DNA of 64,000 nucleotides from Lepidodermella squamata (Eukaryota; Animalia; Gastrotricha), in assembly GCA_047495785.1 (NCBI GenBank), contig JBLDXI010000020.1:2232001-2296000 (forward strand), given 5' to 3'. The position numbers were made by a program, and so were the translations under genes. The notes beneath the pieces were generated by a model that was not told the origin of the DNA, ran no database searches, and saw only the letters and a list, made by a program, of their open reading frames with translations. Numbering within the stretch: the first letter of the stretch is position 1; the number at the start of each line of letters is the position of its first letter. Of this stretch, positions 36,921-50,283 are shown in pieces.

Positions 36921-39900
36921 TTATTTGAACTCGTGTTCTTCGATTGAAGCAGCGAGTCGCAGATCCGGCATCGGCTTGTTGAACCCATCCTTTCCCAACA
37001 AATAATATGTCAGCACCTGACCTTTACCCTTCATCGACACCATCCCACGTTCAGTCAGATGATAACCACCCAAAATATCCAGGATTCGTTTACTCTCAGG
37101 ACTGACGTGAATTCGAAGCGCCAGGCAGCTACTCTCCATACGACTTGCGTAGTTGACAGTATCGCCGAATAAGCAGTATCGAGGCATTTTCAGTCCGATA
37201 ATGCCGGCAACAACCGGGCCGGAATGAACACCGCATCGAAGCTGCAGCTGCATGCCAGGTCGATGGCGGATTCGGAAAGTCGCGGCGCAACTCATGATGT
37301 CCAGGGCCATGGTTGCGATTTCACCAGCGTGACGGTTATGACTACGCTTGGGTAAACCGGAGGCTACCATGTACGAGTCGCCGATAGTTTCGACCTTGTA
37401 AACGTCGTAGCCATCGATTATCGTATCGAAAGCGCTAAATTTATAAAATCACAATTTATTTTAATTTTTCTAAAATTTAAAATTGTCAGCATTTTCAAGT
37501 CGAAATTTAAATTTAAAATTTAAAATTAAATTTTTTAAATAAATAAATTTGAAAATTAAATTCTTAAATTTTTTTGAAAAATTTGAAAAATTTAAAAAAT
37601 TAAGGTCCCTACTTACGTGTACATGTCGTTGAGAAATTCGACAATATCGATAGGTGCCGAAGCCGATGCCATTTTAGTGAAACCAACAACGTCCAAAAAG
37701 CTGACAGTGACAGATTCGTAGGACTCGGGATTGACACTTCGGCCGTTTTTCAGTTCTTCCAGTACGGATTTAGGCAGCATTTTTGACAGTAATTCCTCCG
37801 ATCGTTTCTTCTCCTCATTCAACTGTGACGTTCTTTGAGCCACCATTTGCTCGAGGGATGACGCGTAAAGCTCCATAGTTTGAACCATGCAGTCGACTAA
37901 ATTTGTGTCCCTTTAAAAAAATTGTTGAATTTTTGCGAATTTTTTTAAAATGAAACTAACTTTCCATTATTGATTTTTCGAAGCATGGTAACTATCGCGG
38001 AAGCATCCGGGCGAAACGCTGCCACCTCATCGATACACATTCGGGACAGTTCAACCAGGTCATTAAGGTCAGGGGCACATACAATTTGGGGCCGGAAAGG
38101 TGGATAAACCCCCTCGGCAACTCTGCGCAGAATCACTGAAAAATCGGGGAATTTTTTTTGAAAAAAACTGAAAAATTCAAATAAACCATTAAGTGGCAAG
38201 TTGTAGGACTGAAATGCCTTTTTTCTCGTGATGATTTCGCACAAAATAATTCCGAACGAGTAGATGTCGGATTTCTTACACCCGCGCGCCGGTGGGTCGG
38301 AGAGGCGCAGAAGTTCGGGCGCTGTAGTCACCTTAAAATCAAACTTGGCAATTGCGCTGTCTACATTTTCCGGATTTTCGGGCGTCGCGCTGTCGCTTTC
38401 AGCCACGTCATCTTCAGCCTCTTGCAACGTGATGTTGTATTGAGGTAGAGCGGGTGTTGGCGACAAAACAGCCGGTTCGAACCCGTAGCCGCTTTTTTCG
38501 AACCTCGGAAGCGGTAAATTTGCGATTCGGCAGAACCAACGTGAATCGACCATAATATCATCGGCCGATAATCGACCATGTGATCCGACGCTTGATGTGT
38601 GGAGAAACGCCAACCCAGCAGCGATGTCACAGGCAAATGACAGTTTGAAGGTTCGATCGAGCTGAACCTTCCGTTCGAACAAAACCTAGGAGTAAATTTG
38701 ATAAGTCTTTATTTTTTAAACATTGTGAAAAATAAAAAAATTGGATTTTCTAAAATTAAAATTTGAATTTTTAAAGGCAGACCGTCATAACAGCAAATAC
38801 CCAAAACAGCAGACGCGACAAAACAGCAAATTTTTCAGCGAGCGACATAACAGCAGAAACACGATGCATCTTTTACATAGCAAGTTTTCGCTGTTTTGTC
38901 GCGAAATAAAAAATTTGCTGTTTTGTCGCATTCGCTGTTTCGCGAAGTTGCTGTTTTGTCGCCGTACCTTTTTGAAGTGAATATTCAAATTTTTAAATTA
39001 AAAAAATTATAATTTGCCTGTGCCAATGTGCCTTTCGAACAATACGGCTGTATGGTGCAAATTCGATTTTTGTCATTCGTGACAGCAATTAGCGGGTTGA
39101 TATTGACGTGAAGTAGGTCATGAGCTTCGATGAGTTCTTGCAGCACAGCGTCATCGATTGCGCAGTCGATTTTGCGCAGTTGTTTGACGTAGACTTTTTC
39201 GGAGCGGAAAAAAGCGGCAGCAAGTCGCGTTTCGAAAACGTCGCCAAACGCACCGCCGATGCCTGTTACTAGAACATTTTAATTCAGTTGAAATGTTGAG
39301 ATTCGAACGAGTCGATAAAGATTGAGCTTGGAATTGAGTGGCTTAATCTCTTGAATGTAGGGTTCTAGGATTTTTCAAAAATAATTTGAAATTTTTTTAA
39401 ATATGGTTTTCGATTCTTTTACGTCTTCCCCCAAGTCTCTAATGTTTAGACCAATAGACCTCAATATTACGCTATAAGCTAACGAGCCGATATCGATTCC
39501 AAGTATCGATTTTAAAAATAAGTGATTTTTCCGATATCGGCAATTTGAGAAGCTAATATTGAGAATAATTGTACCTATAGCTGAAGTAGGGTAAATAGAT
39601 CGCAAAATTCATGGAATTGAAAAAAACCGAAATTTCATAAATGGGAAAATTGCAGAGAGGTATAACCACAATTGAATGATAGTGAATTGAATGTGATTTG
39701 GGAATTACCTGATGTAGCAGCTTGAGAGTTCGAATCCCCATTCGGGTGAACTTGATGATGGCCAGCGCTCGAAGATCTACCAAGAGGAGTCGCTCGATCG
39801 GCTATCTTCGGAGTATTCGCGGGTTTCCCGTTTTCATTCGCGTGATTATGTCCCAAATACTGATTTTCATCCTCCTCAAAAAAATTCAACTCGTTGTACC

Positions 39901-41666
39901 TAGAATATTTTTTTTAACAATTTCCAGAATTTTGTTTCTTGAAAATACCTTGCGATAACTTGGTCTTTAATCGTTTGCTGCCGCTGGCCTTTTTGGCGGA
40001 AATGCCGGATGACAACAGTTAGGATTAGTACCAAGAGGATACTGCCGGCGGATCCAGCTCCAGATGCGATTCCAATCATTCGCTTGTCAACCGGCGCCGG
40101 TCGAATGCAGACGCCATTAACCGACTCGCAAATATTTTCCCGAGGCGGCGCCCATTTCGACCCAGGCCAAAGCGGTTGATTTACGGTTTCGACGACCATA
40201 TGACTGAACGAGAGATTTCTCGGAATCCCACGCGATGTTCGAAATTCGAAGACCTTCGGAGCTTTGTAGACCTGCTCAGAGCTGGACCATTTGAGGTTTA
40301 GAACTTCAAAATTGTTGGTACGTCGATCGCATGATTCATCGAAACTGATGGTATGATCAATGTCCAAGACTGGAAAAAAATTATTAAAAAATTATTTTTA
40401 CGAAAAATTTGGGACTAACATTGATAAGTCCTATTACAAAACATCCTATGTAGGAATCTCAGTTGGCCATATGGGTTGTGTTGGACAGCAGCAGATACGA
40501 GGCGAATTTCTTCGTAAATCATAGTCCTCAAATTCCGATCAAACGGATTGAGAGCCCGGAATAGATCACCCTGAACATTCGGTAGACCCTGTTTACGGCG
40601 GAAAATCATCAATCCATCTAATGTAGGATCGCCCAAATTGTCGGTGGCATAGTCGAAGAGTTGGCTCGGCATTCTTAGAGCAGCAGCGCTCCATTCAACC
40701 AAGAAATAGGCCTTGCCATTGTGAATTATGCTGTCGTCAACCTGGCCGATTTGCCAGATGATTTCAGCCAAATCTTCATCTTCGTCCAATATCAAGAAAA
40801 ACGCCGTTATATCGCGGCCTAGCAGCGACTTGACCACATCCCATTGCATCGAATATCGTTGAATTAATTTCGTTGAATAAAACAATTTTATCAAAGAAAT
40901 TGAGAATAAAGTCGAATCGTCGTCTTCGAAATCGGTGTTGGTTAAATTCGCCCGAATCGCTCGATTTTTAGCGGCTACAACGCGCTGAACTGACTCGTTA
41001 ACAGCGGAGAAAAACGTACTCGCCCCATAAATTTGGGGTGAAATTAAAAATCCAAAGTGATACCAGTTGTACTTCTCGCTGAGGGCTAGGATGAAATTAG
41101 CCATTTCCTCCGGATTTATTACGTTAAAAACGACGTTGTTGTTCTTTAACGATTGCTGCCTTGTAGTTCCGTGATCTCTCCAGCAACAGTTTGTAATGGC
41201 GCTGATACTTGGAACCTCGTTCGCCAGCTCACGGAACTCGTCACAGTCCATTGGCCCACGGGTCGAGCAGTTCGTAGCTTCGATGACGACTTTCGTGCCT
41301 ATACTCAGGCTGGTTTCGCCCGGGAATAATTTGTAAAAATCACTGAAGGTCAAATAGATGGGTTCAACTGAGATCGAACTGTCATTTGACGTCCAACGAA
41401 GCACTCGGTTCGTGTTCTGCTCAATGACCCGTGTCGAATTTCGATTTGTAGCAAAACTGGCGAGCGATACTACGGCATTTGCCTTGAAGGTAAATCCGAA
41501 ATTTTTCAATTTTTTCAAAATTTTAAAATCAAACCGTTGTCTCGTTTAGAGAAAAATCAAGGTCGGTCTTTGTTAGTTGATCTACAACAATTGCGACCTT
41601 TATCGAAGCACTTTGCCCGCGATAAGCGAGGAACAATAAAATAGGTAAAAATATACAGGCTTTCAT
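36921..41666 (-). CDS. Receptor guanylyl cyclase GC-2 with complete catalytic site
   Basis: Signal peptide [20 protein letters not shown], ectodomain ([10 protein letters not shown]) and [25 protein letters not shown]. Kinase-homology domain [20 protein letters not shown]. Cyclase domain [45 protein letters not shown], ending EEHEFK. Confidence 0.95.
38778..38968. mobile_element. Short MITE built of aaacagca modules (inverted copy at ~50284-50648)
   Basis: gtcataacagcaaatacccaaaacagc...aacacgatgcatctttt matches the reverse complement of 50531-50643. The end gctgttttgtcgccgtacc matches the reverse complement of 50284-50302. Confidence 0.75.
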
Positions 41667-43098
41667 TCGATTGTAACCTTTCTAATGCTAGTTTCGGCTC
41701 TTTAATTAGTTTTTTTCAACGTTAAAAACTGCGATAACGCGTTCTCGTCAGACAACTCCTCTCCACCATCGATTAAGGTGTCCAATTTCAGGGATATCCT
41801 GGCTTCAACTTGTCGCTTCTTCAAAGGCAGCTCTATTCTTCAGCAAATCATCATCGATATTTTTTGTCAATTCACGGGGGAATGATGTGTATTAAAATAA
41901 CACTCAGGTGCAAAAGTTTTTGCGCTTAATTGATATTGATTTTTTTATTCAAAATTTTGCAATCGATAATCCACCCATGCGAGACATTTGCCACATAAAA
42001 AAACAGAATCTGGTGATTTAGCCTGTTTACAGCTAATTTGATTAGTCCTTAGCACTTTAAAATCGATGAAATTCCTATCAAATTTGTTTTTTTTTTGAAT
42101 AAAATGATAAGTTTCCGCCGGCGTAGTTGTTTTCAGGACGCAGTCATTCGAAACATATCCTCGAAATTATAATGTAATTTTATGAGATTTTGGCAACCTC
42201 ATGTGCCATCTCAACAACAGATCACTGCCTTATCTGACATAAATTATTCCCAGTCCAGTGGAGCCGGCCATGACCCTGGATGCATATAAGAAAAAATCTG
42301 TACACACATAAATCCAAAATAAAATTTTCAAATAATTTTTTATCGTTCTACTAAAATGCATCATTTTTGCGGTAAAAAATTGCGGAAGTGGGCGTGTTTC
42401 TTTGGAAACGTATTTTGCAATAGTAGCCAGCAGAAAATGGCGAATTTTCAGCTCTTTTATAATAGTAAACACAATTTGATCGCGCCGCAATGTCGCAATG
42501 AAAGCCGAGAATTATTTTGTTCACGTTTTTCGCGAGATTTTTACAAATGACTGCTATATAAACTATATTTTGTTATATTGCAGCTAGCCGCAATCGATAT
42601 GCTAATCACACCACAAGCCATGAGCTGATCCATTACGCCCGTGCTTCGTCTCTATATATCTTTATTCGGCTTCTAATTTGAATAATAAGAGAGGAAGACC
42701 CTCTACAAAAAAATACAACAAAAAAGCGCTGTGTTTTTATGCGCAGATAACAATCTGCGCGTAAAAATTTTCATGGGGCCGCATCATTATTAATCTTATC
42801 GTATATATAAATGATTCGATGATTCGGTAATTTTTTTGCTCTGAAGCGAATGGGTTTTTTTTTACATTGAGAGGCAGCTCATTTTTATTCACCTTTTATT
42901 TACTTTTTATCAATTGAGGTGATAAATGCGTAGTTTTTTCCTGGGACTGTTTACTTTCTACTTTTTTCTGTATCACGGTAATTATCAATTGGCGTTAAAA
43001 AATGATCATGGAAGCGTGAAAATGTATTATTACATTATACTATTATTTATAGATTATATATCTATATGGCTTTGATAGCTTAGAGTATTTCTTAATCG

Positions 43099-45512
43099 AT
43101 GCTACTTTCGAACAGCAATCAGCAACAATCACCAGCTGCTACTACGTCTAAGCTTATTAAGCCGATTGTAGCAAAAGGTTTCAACCCCCTCAACCCCTCA
43201 GCTACTAGGCTGAATAACAACACTGATAACTCACCGCCTAGTTTCGAACAAATCGCTGCTGATGTTAACGCGCCTATGGCTAGTCGGCGAAATAACAATA
43301 ATAACGGCGCACCACCGCCACCACCACCGCCGAATAAGCGCGAATCAGCAACGGCTAATAATCATCGCCCAGGTAAAAAGCGCGCGCAAGTCGAATTTTT
43401 TTAAGGCGCATTATATAAAGCGCTTAAATAAGCATTTGGTATAGAAGCTTTTGTTTACGCAATACTAGGTATTAATCAGCGCAACTGTTGCGCTTTATTT
43501 TGAAATGTAGCCAAAATCCTTAGTTCGAACACCTTATATAATAGTAATGAAGCAATGTTTGGATATATCAGAATTTTTCTCCGAGATCGAAATTATCCCC
43601 AGGTTTTATCTGAGCATAATATTCTCAAAGCAATACTTTTAAGGTGCAATCGTTCATATTTTGCTGGAATTTACAGTTTTTTTCTATTTTTTTTCATTTA
43701 ATTCGAACTGGAAACGTAAAGAAAATGTCTCCGGACTAGTTTTCGGTTTTTAAAAACAAAAAACGGGGTCCCGAAAACTTGGCTAATTTTTTCCGCTTGA
43801 AAAATTTATTGGTGAAGTGCGAGGGCCCTAAAATCAAAGGGATATAGTGAATTCAGTACCAAACATCCAAGCTTTTGTCCAATCAGTTCCAAGTCCCCAA
43901 TTTTAAGACCCAGCCTCTAATCCTAACCTTGGAGCTTTGGAAAAACTAGAAAATTGACTTGAAGCTAACCCTAACCTTAACCCTGAACCCTAACTAAGCC
44001 CTGACCCGAACCCGAACCCTAATCCCCAACGCTTATCCCTGACTCCTAATCATCGTTTTGTTGAAAAACACAATTTTATAAAAAAAAATATGAATGAAAG
44101 GTGATTTTATCATAAATAGATATGTCTGAAAGAACACTTTTCGTATTTTCAACGCCTATGAAAAATCTAGAATTACTATATAAATTCCGTTAATGCCTGG
44201 GGCCATTATAGTAAAACGTCGGTTAAAGCTTTTGATCCTCATATAAATGCTTCAATTGACGTATCTCACTCCTGATGTAGTGGTTGAATTTGTCAGCTTT
44301 CAGCTTTCATTGCGAGCCTTTTTTACTAATGAAATTCAAAATTGAACTGATTTTTCCGGAAGAGGTAAGAATTTTAATCAGCGACGGTCTCTCTGATACC
44401 GCAGCCTGTTTTCATAGTCTGAATTCATATCGCCACCCTAGAAAAAACCTTAATTTGCCACGACAAGCGTCACGCAACTTTATAAATTTGCCGGCTAATC
44501 ACGGTGTAAGTAATAGATCAAAGCAATCACATTTTAATTATTCGCCGGATTTCTGCGCATATATATAAAAAACCGCTCAGCAGGGTGTCTGCAATCGATA
44601 AATCTATGTCATAACTTCTTTTCATTTTTTTATTATTTAGAAGAAATTGTTTCTTCCGACGATATGACATTTTCTTCATCGGCATCGTCGGGCATGGACG
44701 ACGACGCCGCCGCAGCGACTGATAAGCAACAACAACAACACCGGATAGCGGGGCAAAACAACAAAAAGATGAAGAAAACATCTTCATCATTACAAAAAAC
44801 TGCAGCTAACCATCACTCGTTTCTATCTGTTGGCAATAACGCGACAACCGACGATCTAGGCAGCGCCGGCGATTATTTCGAGGACAATTTTCCGACTCTT
44901 AAACATGCCATTTCCCGGCTTTCAACCGCCGCCTCGCTCGGCTCAGATTCCGACTCGATGCGGGACGACGATTTCGACGATGAAGATCTCGAAAGTAACG
45001 ACATTTCCGCCGCGGCGGCGAATCAGCTCGATGACAATAACGAGATTAGTAAAGCGAGTCGTTGCTTAATCGATGAAATGACAAACATGCATGTCAACGC
45101 CTACGAACGGCGCATGATAATGACACCTGAACCAGCCGGCTACGGCCAGGCGAAGCGAGGCTCGTTAGTAGGTTCACTCAGCCATCGCCAGAAATGCATG
45201 TCTGTATCGAATGTGTCAACGATGGAGCAGCAAATCGCGTTCGCTGGCGAGGCGGCCTCATCACCCGTCGGATCGTTTGACCCAGGTGAATTGAGCGCGT
45301 TAATGGCGCCGCGCAAATCAGCGATAGACGTGTGTTACGGCCGCGACGATATTGGTTTGAGATCAGCGTCATGCCAGCCGGCTCTAATCGATGATTTGGA
45401 TCACCCTATTACAGCGCCAGCATCGGACGGCGCGAAATTGCCATCTCGCCCTGAACGGACTAAAGCTTACACCGCGACGCAATTATCGGTGCCTAAAATT
45501 CTATTTTCCTAG
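43099..45512 (+). CDS. Uncharacterised low-complexity/disordered protein (~381 aa, 2 exons)
   Basis: Exon 43099-43372 (G|gtaaaa) joins in frame to the acceptor ttatttag|44641 and runs into the 282-aa ORF. N/P/Q/D/S-rich, no recognisable domain. Confidence 0.6.
43966..44050. repeat. Degenerate (CCCTAA)n telomere-like hexamer run
   Basis: Sequence reads taaccctaaccttaaccctgaaccctaactaagccctgacccgaacccgaaccctaatccccaac. Confidence 0.6.
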
Positions 45513-46245
45513 AGGAATTAATTTAATTTAATCGTTTATTGTACTTACATCACCTCAAATAACACGATTGCCTGTGGGATATATACCTTGTTATATCGAT
45601 CCTTTTTCTTGGGCCTTAAAAACTTGGTGATAGAAGCTTTCATTCTAGATCTATTATAAGCCAAATTGCTGACTTAAGTCATGGCTGATTTTCTGAAATC
45701 GGCCCGAACTGTGCGTGACCTTCAACATTTTGCTTTTCGTTAAATTACGCACTGAATATTTTTTAAGAATACATTTATTTTTTTGCCATCTTCTGTCTCG
45801 TCTCGTTTATTCGAGCATCAATTGTTTTTTTTTTTCATTTCCCTGGGCGAAAAATGTCTTGAGTAAGGCTGAGGTTGTCCCTAACGTGGCACGCAAAATT
45901 TTTGCCTGCAAGTAAAAAAAAACAGGTGAGGGCGCGCCGCCATATGCCTATAATCCCTTGGCACTGAAGCGGGGGTCGTAACGATCGCTGAATTTTTTTT
46001 CCTAAGAAAAAAGATTAAAACACACCTTCACGTAATGAAATTCTTATATAGAGCCTAATCTTATAGGCCATGTATTCTCTTAAAATAAATTCGTCTATAG
46101 ATTCCGCAGACGGAAAAGTTGTCTCAAATATCTAATATTTTTTTCTGATTGTTAAAAAAAATGTGTACAGAAAGATAAATAAACAGTGAAGATCGATTTT
46201 GCACCTTTGGTTAAACTTTATTTTTTTTTCTATAAAAAAATTAAA

Positions 46246-46749
46246 TCAATAATATCTCGGCTGGCAATACGGGCAGTAACTTGACGGGTAAGGATAGACC
46301 ATGGAAGATTGAGGGTGTTTCGGGTAATGTGGGTGACTGCCGTGGCCATGGCTGTGACCTAGCTCAGGTGAGTCGATCCTATTGTGATGAGCGTTCGATG
46401 GGCCCCAGCAGCACGTACAAGTACACGGGCCTCTCCTATCCGGCGGCCGCGTGTCTCGGCAATTACCGCACCAGCAGCATAATAAAACGCCGAGGGTTGT
46501 GAAAAATAGGACTGCCATAACACCTCCAACTGTACAAACTGCAATGAATTCAGCGCCTAAAAAATGTAACTTTAATTATTTTTTAATTTTTAAAATATTT
46601 TAAATACCCTGCCAGTAGGGCGTAGTAGTTCCGTAGTAGACACCGGTATTGACGGTTGTTGTGCCATTAACGTAATATACGACGCCGTTAATTACAGTTG
46701 AAACAAAGCCTGGTGGTACTGTCGGAGGTAAGTTAGTCGGGGTGGACAT
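46246..46749 (-). CDS. Small single-pass membrane protein with Cys-rich juxtamembrane and His/Pro/Tyr-rich tail (paralog 1), 2 exons
   Basis: Spliced product MSTPTNLPPTVPPGF...PYWQGAEFIAVCTVGGVMAVLFFTTLGVLLCCWCGNC...CTCTCC...HSHGHGSHPHYP..MVYPYPSSYCPYCQPRYY. In-frame phase-1 intron ~46607-46557. Confidence 0.7.
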
Positions 46750-47796
46750 TTCGGTTGAATTTCCGAGAATTCCGTTCCGGAATTTCGGGAATCTCTCGGT
46801 GATAGATGCGCCGCAGCTCGGCAGAAATCAGGTACTCATATGATGTAATAAACTGTTTACATAGACATCTCAGCACTGCCTTTCAATTCAGGATTTGCGT
46901 TGCCAAGCAACTTGGATTCTTGTGAAAAGACATCGCACCGTCAAATAATGCAGTGACACATTACATGAAATAATGCTTTCAATCAAATGAGGATAAATTT
47001 GATTCAAGTCCTGATTTCGACTATCCTCAAACCTTCTCGGATCCTCGGATCTTAAGGAGGAGTCGATTATTAGCGGAAAAAGTCCATATCCGGATTCGTT
47101 ATCTATCTACTCATCACGCTCTACAATTATGTGAAAAGCTGGTTTCGAAAAATCAAAAGAGCTATGTCCACTGGGGTCATTTTTCGACTGGGCCAAGTCC
47201 ACAGCATAGAGCTAAGTCCACGCTAAAAATGAATGCATCATAAACATTATTTGCGACCATTTTTTGAAATAGCTCATATCAATATTCACAAGTGAATGAT
47301 CCGCATGGCTATAATACACTCATTAAGCGCAAATTTGCCCACTTAGTAAACGGCCTTGTCACGTTACGAATAAGCTCAAAATTTGCAAATTGGTTTATCA
47401 GGCTCCCTAATGATAAAATAAAAAATAAAAATTGAAAATCGGAGCATTAAAAATGTGGCAGCCGCAGCGAATCGAACCCGAGACGCCCGCAATAACCTAA
47501 AGTCATGTCCTTTTTACCTATTTTAACGCAAAAAGTACGAATTCTAGAAGGAAAAGGGTCGCGCCATTCGAAAGATCAGGGTCGATTATACCCCACCTGT
47601 GAATCCTTGACATTTCAAGCTGGAAATTTCGATGGTGCGAACTCAATGTTCTCGAAGTTGGAAAAATAGGTTATTTCGATTAATCTCAAGAATTCGTTTT
47701 GTGGACGACGATTTATTATTGAAATAATAATAATACATTGAAAAATATTGCGATGATGAATAATGGTTTTAATATCATTAGAAGATGAGCTACATA

Positions 47797-48252
47797 TTAG
47801 CTTCTGTTACTTGATAACTGGCTGGATAAGTACCAGGCGGGGATGGTTTAATGAAAACTGGATTCGCTCTAGGATACATTACAGCCGTTCCACCGTGATT
47901 GTGCTGCATCGCCGATTCGAAAAATCCGTCCTATGAGACAAAAGGTCAGGTAAAATGTTGTATTATAGAGGAAAAGGTTCCCAACCCCAACACCACGTTT
48001 CGGCCACTGGCGGCAGCAAATTTTGCTTGAACAAACTTGCGGGCAGTAAAGCAGCGTCATTAATATCGCAAAAGTTGCGATGAAAGCTGATCCGAGCAAA
48101 ATAGTAGCCACCATCAACCCAATCGTCTGATCGCCTGGAAATTTTAAAAATTAAGTTTGCTTCCCCAGCGAGCGCTAAGACTTACTCAATGGCGTCGTGT
48201 TTGATAGGGTTGTGGTTGTAAACGGAGGCAAGGTGAACGGCGTAGACGACAT
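47797..48252 (-). CDS. Small single-pass membrane protein, Cys-rich juxtamembrane (paralog 2), 3 exons
   Basis: Spliced product MSSTPFTLPPFTTTTLSNTTPLSDQTIGLMVATILLGSAFIATFAILMTLLYCPQVCSSKICCRQWPKRG...DGFFESAMQHNHGGTAVMYPRANPVFIKPSPPGTYPAQLSSNRS. The second intron donor is ambiguous. Confidence 0.6.
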
Positions 48253-50283
48253 CCTGATTTCTGTTATTGTTTATTTTTCGAAATGAAGCTGTTTAAAATG
48301 TCAACAAGTCATTCTCATGCATACTGCACTTGTACTACGTCTCGGACGAAGTACGGTTCTTTCAGTTTTTTGCCGCAATGAAAGGTGGTAATCGTTTCTC
48401 TCAGCGCTACTTGGCAACGCAAAAATGGCATCGCATCTACATTGATAAACTCTGCAACATGAATATATCATGCATAGGGGCGGGTACGATTAACAATCCA
48501 ACCCCGGATTGCTTTAGATCCGAAAGAGTCTAAAGCAATATAACTCACATTGTTATACCTATTCCAAAACATCGATAATGTGCATTCCTACAGACTTACT
48601 GAAAAGCAAAATAAATGTTTGACCCCGTGAGATTTTGATGCCACTTTCAAGATCAATGAAGGAGGTGTCGAACGATTTCCAAAAGAGGTTGATAGTCATC
48701 ACGGTTGCTGAGAAAATGAGCTTCAAAGTTTACGGGTGGAAATTGCTTTTAATTTTGAAAAATGCGCGCTCAATTTTTTTCATTGCATCAATAAATAAAT
48801 CGTTGCGCAATAAATTCTGATGCTATTTTCTTATGCGTTGTCGACATTTTTTTGGGGTAATCTGAGGTGAAGAATCTAGCTATTATTCCCCGCTATTGGC
48901 TTCAAATTGAGATGCCAGATTACAAAGAAACACAAGCAGTATTCTCATGATGAATAACCAGGTTGAAACAGGTTTTCAAAATACAGCTAAAGAAAAGTTG
49001 CGCTGATATGTTAACCTTTCAAACCACTGTTTTATGTGAGCCCTCTGGGCTTTCTTTATTTGTCTGTTGCGCTATTATACACGGTCCGTAGTAACTCAAA
49101 TTTTATATCAGTCGAGCTTCAGCAACCTTAAGCTCTGAGCTTTGATTAGATCGAGTCAAAGTTGAGTTATACCATGGGCATTAAGAAAGTTATGCACAAC
49201 AAAATCGCCATTTTGATAGGGTTATAGTTGAAGATCGTCGGACTCTTATTTGAGATAGCCGGTATGCAAAAACTCGTATAGCAGCAATGGTAATCTGCAA
49301 ATGATAGTAAAGTGAGTTGCATAAATGAAAAAACTGCTTCAAAAATCTCATTCGCGATGGTAATTTAATAATGCTCCTGGGTTGGTTAAATTCTAAAGAA
49401 CTGACCGTATCTCGCAAAATCGCCTTCAACTCTACTTGGACAAGCTCCGCCAAGTTTGTCAGGACTGCAGCCTCTAATAATGAACTTCGCCCCACCTTCC
49501 ACCGCAATCATAGTCTGTAATATTAAAAAGCGGTAAGTAGCCAATAATACCAATAAAACGCCAAATTCTTACCATGCACTTGTAGTTACATGCAAACGTA
49601 TCAACCATGTTTGTTTTGTAACAAATAATCGCCTCCGACGCTGAGGAGTAGCAAACTTTAAGACAAGAAACCAGAAAAAGAGCCTATATACCTCGGATTA
49701 ACGTAGTTACAGTTACAAATAAGAAAATAGCAAAATTTAGGCTACCTTCCATTCTTCTTTAAAAAGTTACTTTTTGCCAGTATTTAACCATTTGCCTCTT
49801 CATTGTTTCCCGATCCATTAGTCCTTGTTTGGTGACGGTTGACGGAAAAGCGCGCGCATGTTGTGCTTTTTGCTATTTTGCGCTTTGTGCGTCGTATCTC
49901 GCATCGCTTATATTCTCGTAACTGGGATAATCTGATGAATCTTGCTAGATATTCAACAATTTTGATGGAATCAAGCTAGTGCTTCCACATCAACCTAAAC
50001 CGATAAGCCTTTTCGGCGACGTTTTCGGCTCTCCCGTCTTTTGAGATGGATGGGAGCTTCCTAGACAATGATGTGTGACACCACTTGAGCGTTCTAATTT
50101 AAAGTGATTTTTCCAAAATCGTTTTATGATGGATTCTTACTAATATTGATACGGCCGATCGAATATTGGCTTCCGTTTTTTCAAAATTCGCTTCGGAAAT
50201 CAAAGGTGCCAATTGCAAATTTCATCCGAATTACAAACTGTTTACCCCAAAATGATCATATTAGTCATCTGAGTCGATGTGCG

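Noticed and set aside
47457-47490. B-box-like GGTTCGATTC on the minus strand, suggesting a tRNA
   Set aside because: No A-box or cloverleaf could be built upstream.
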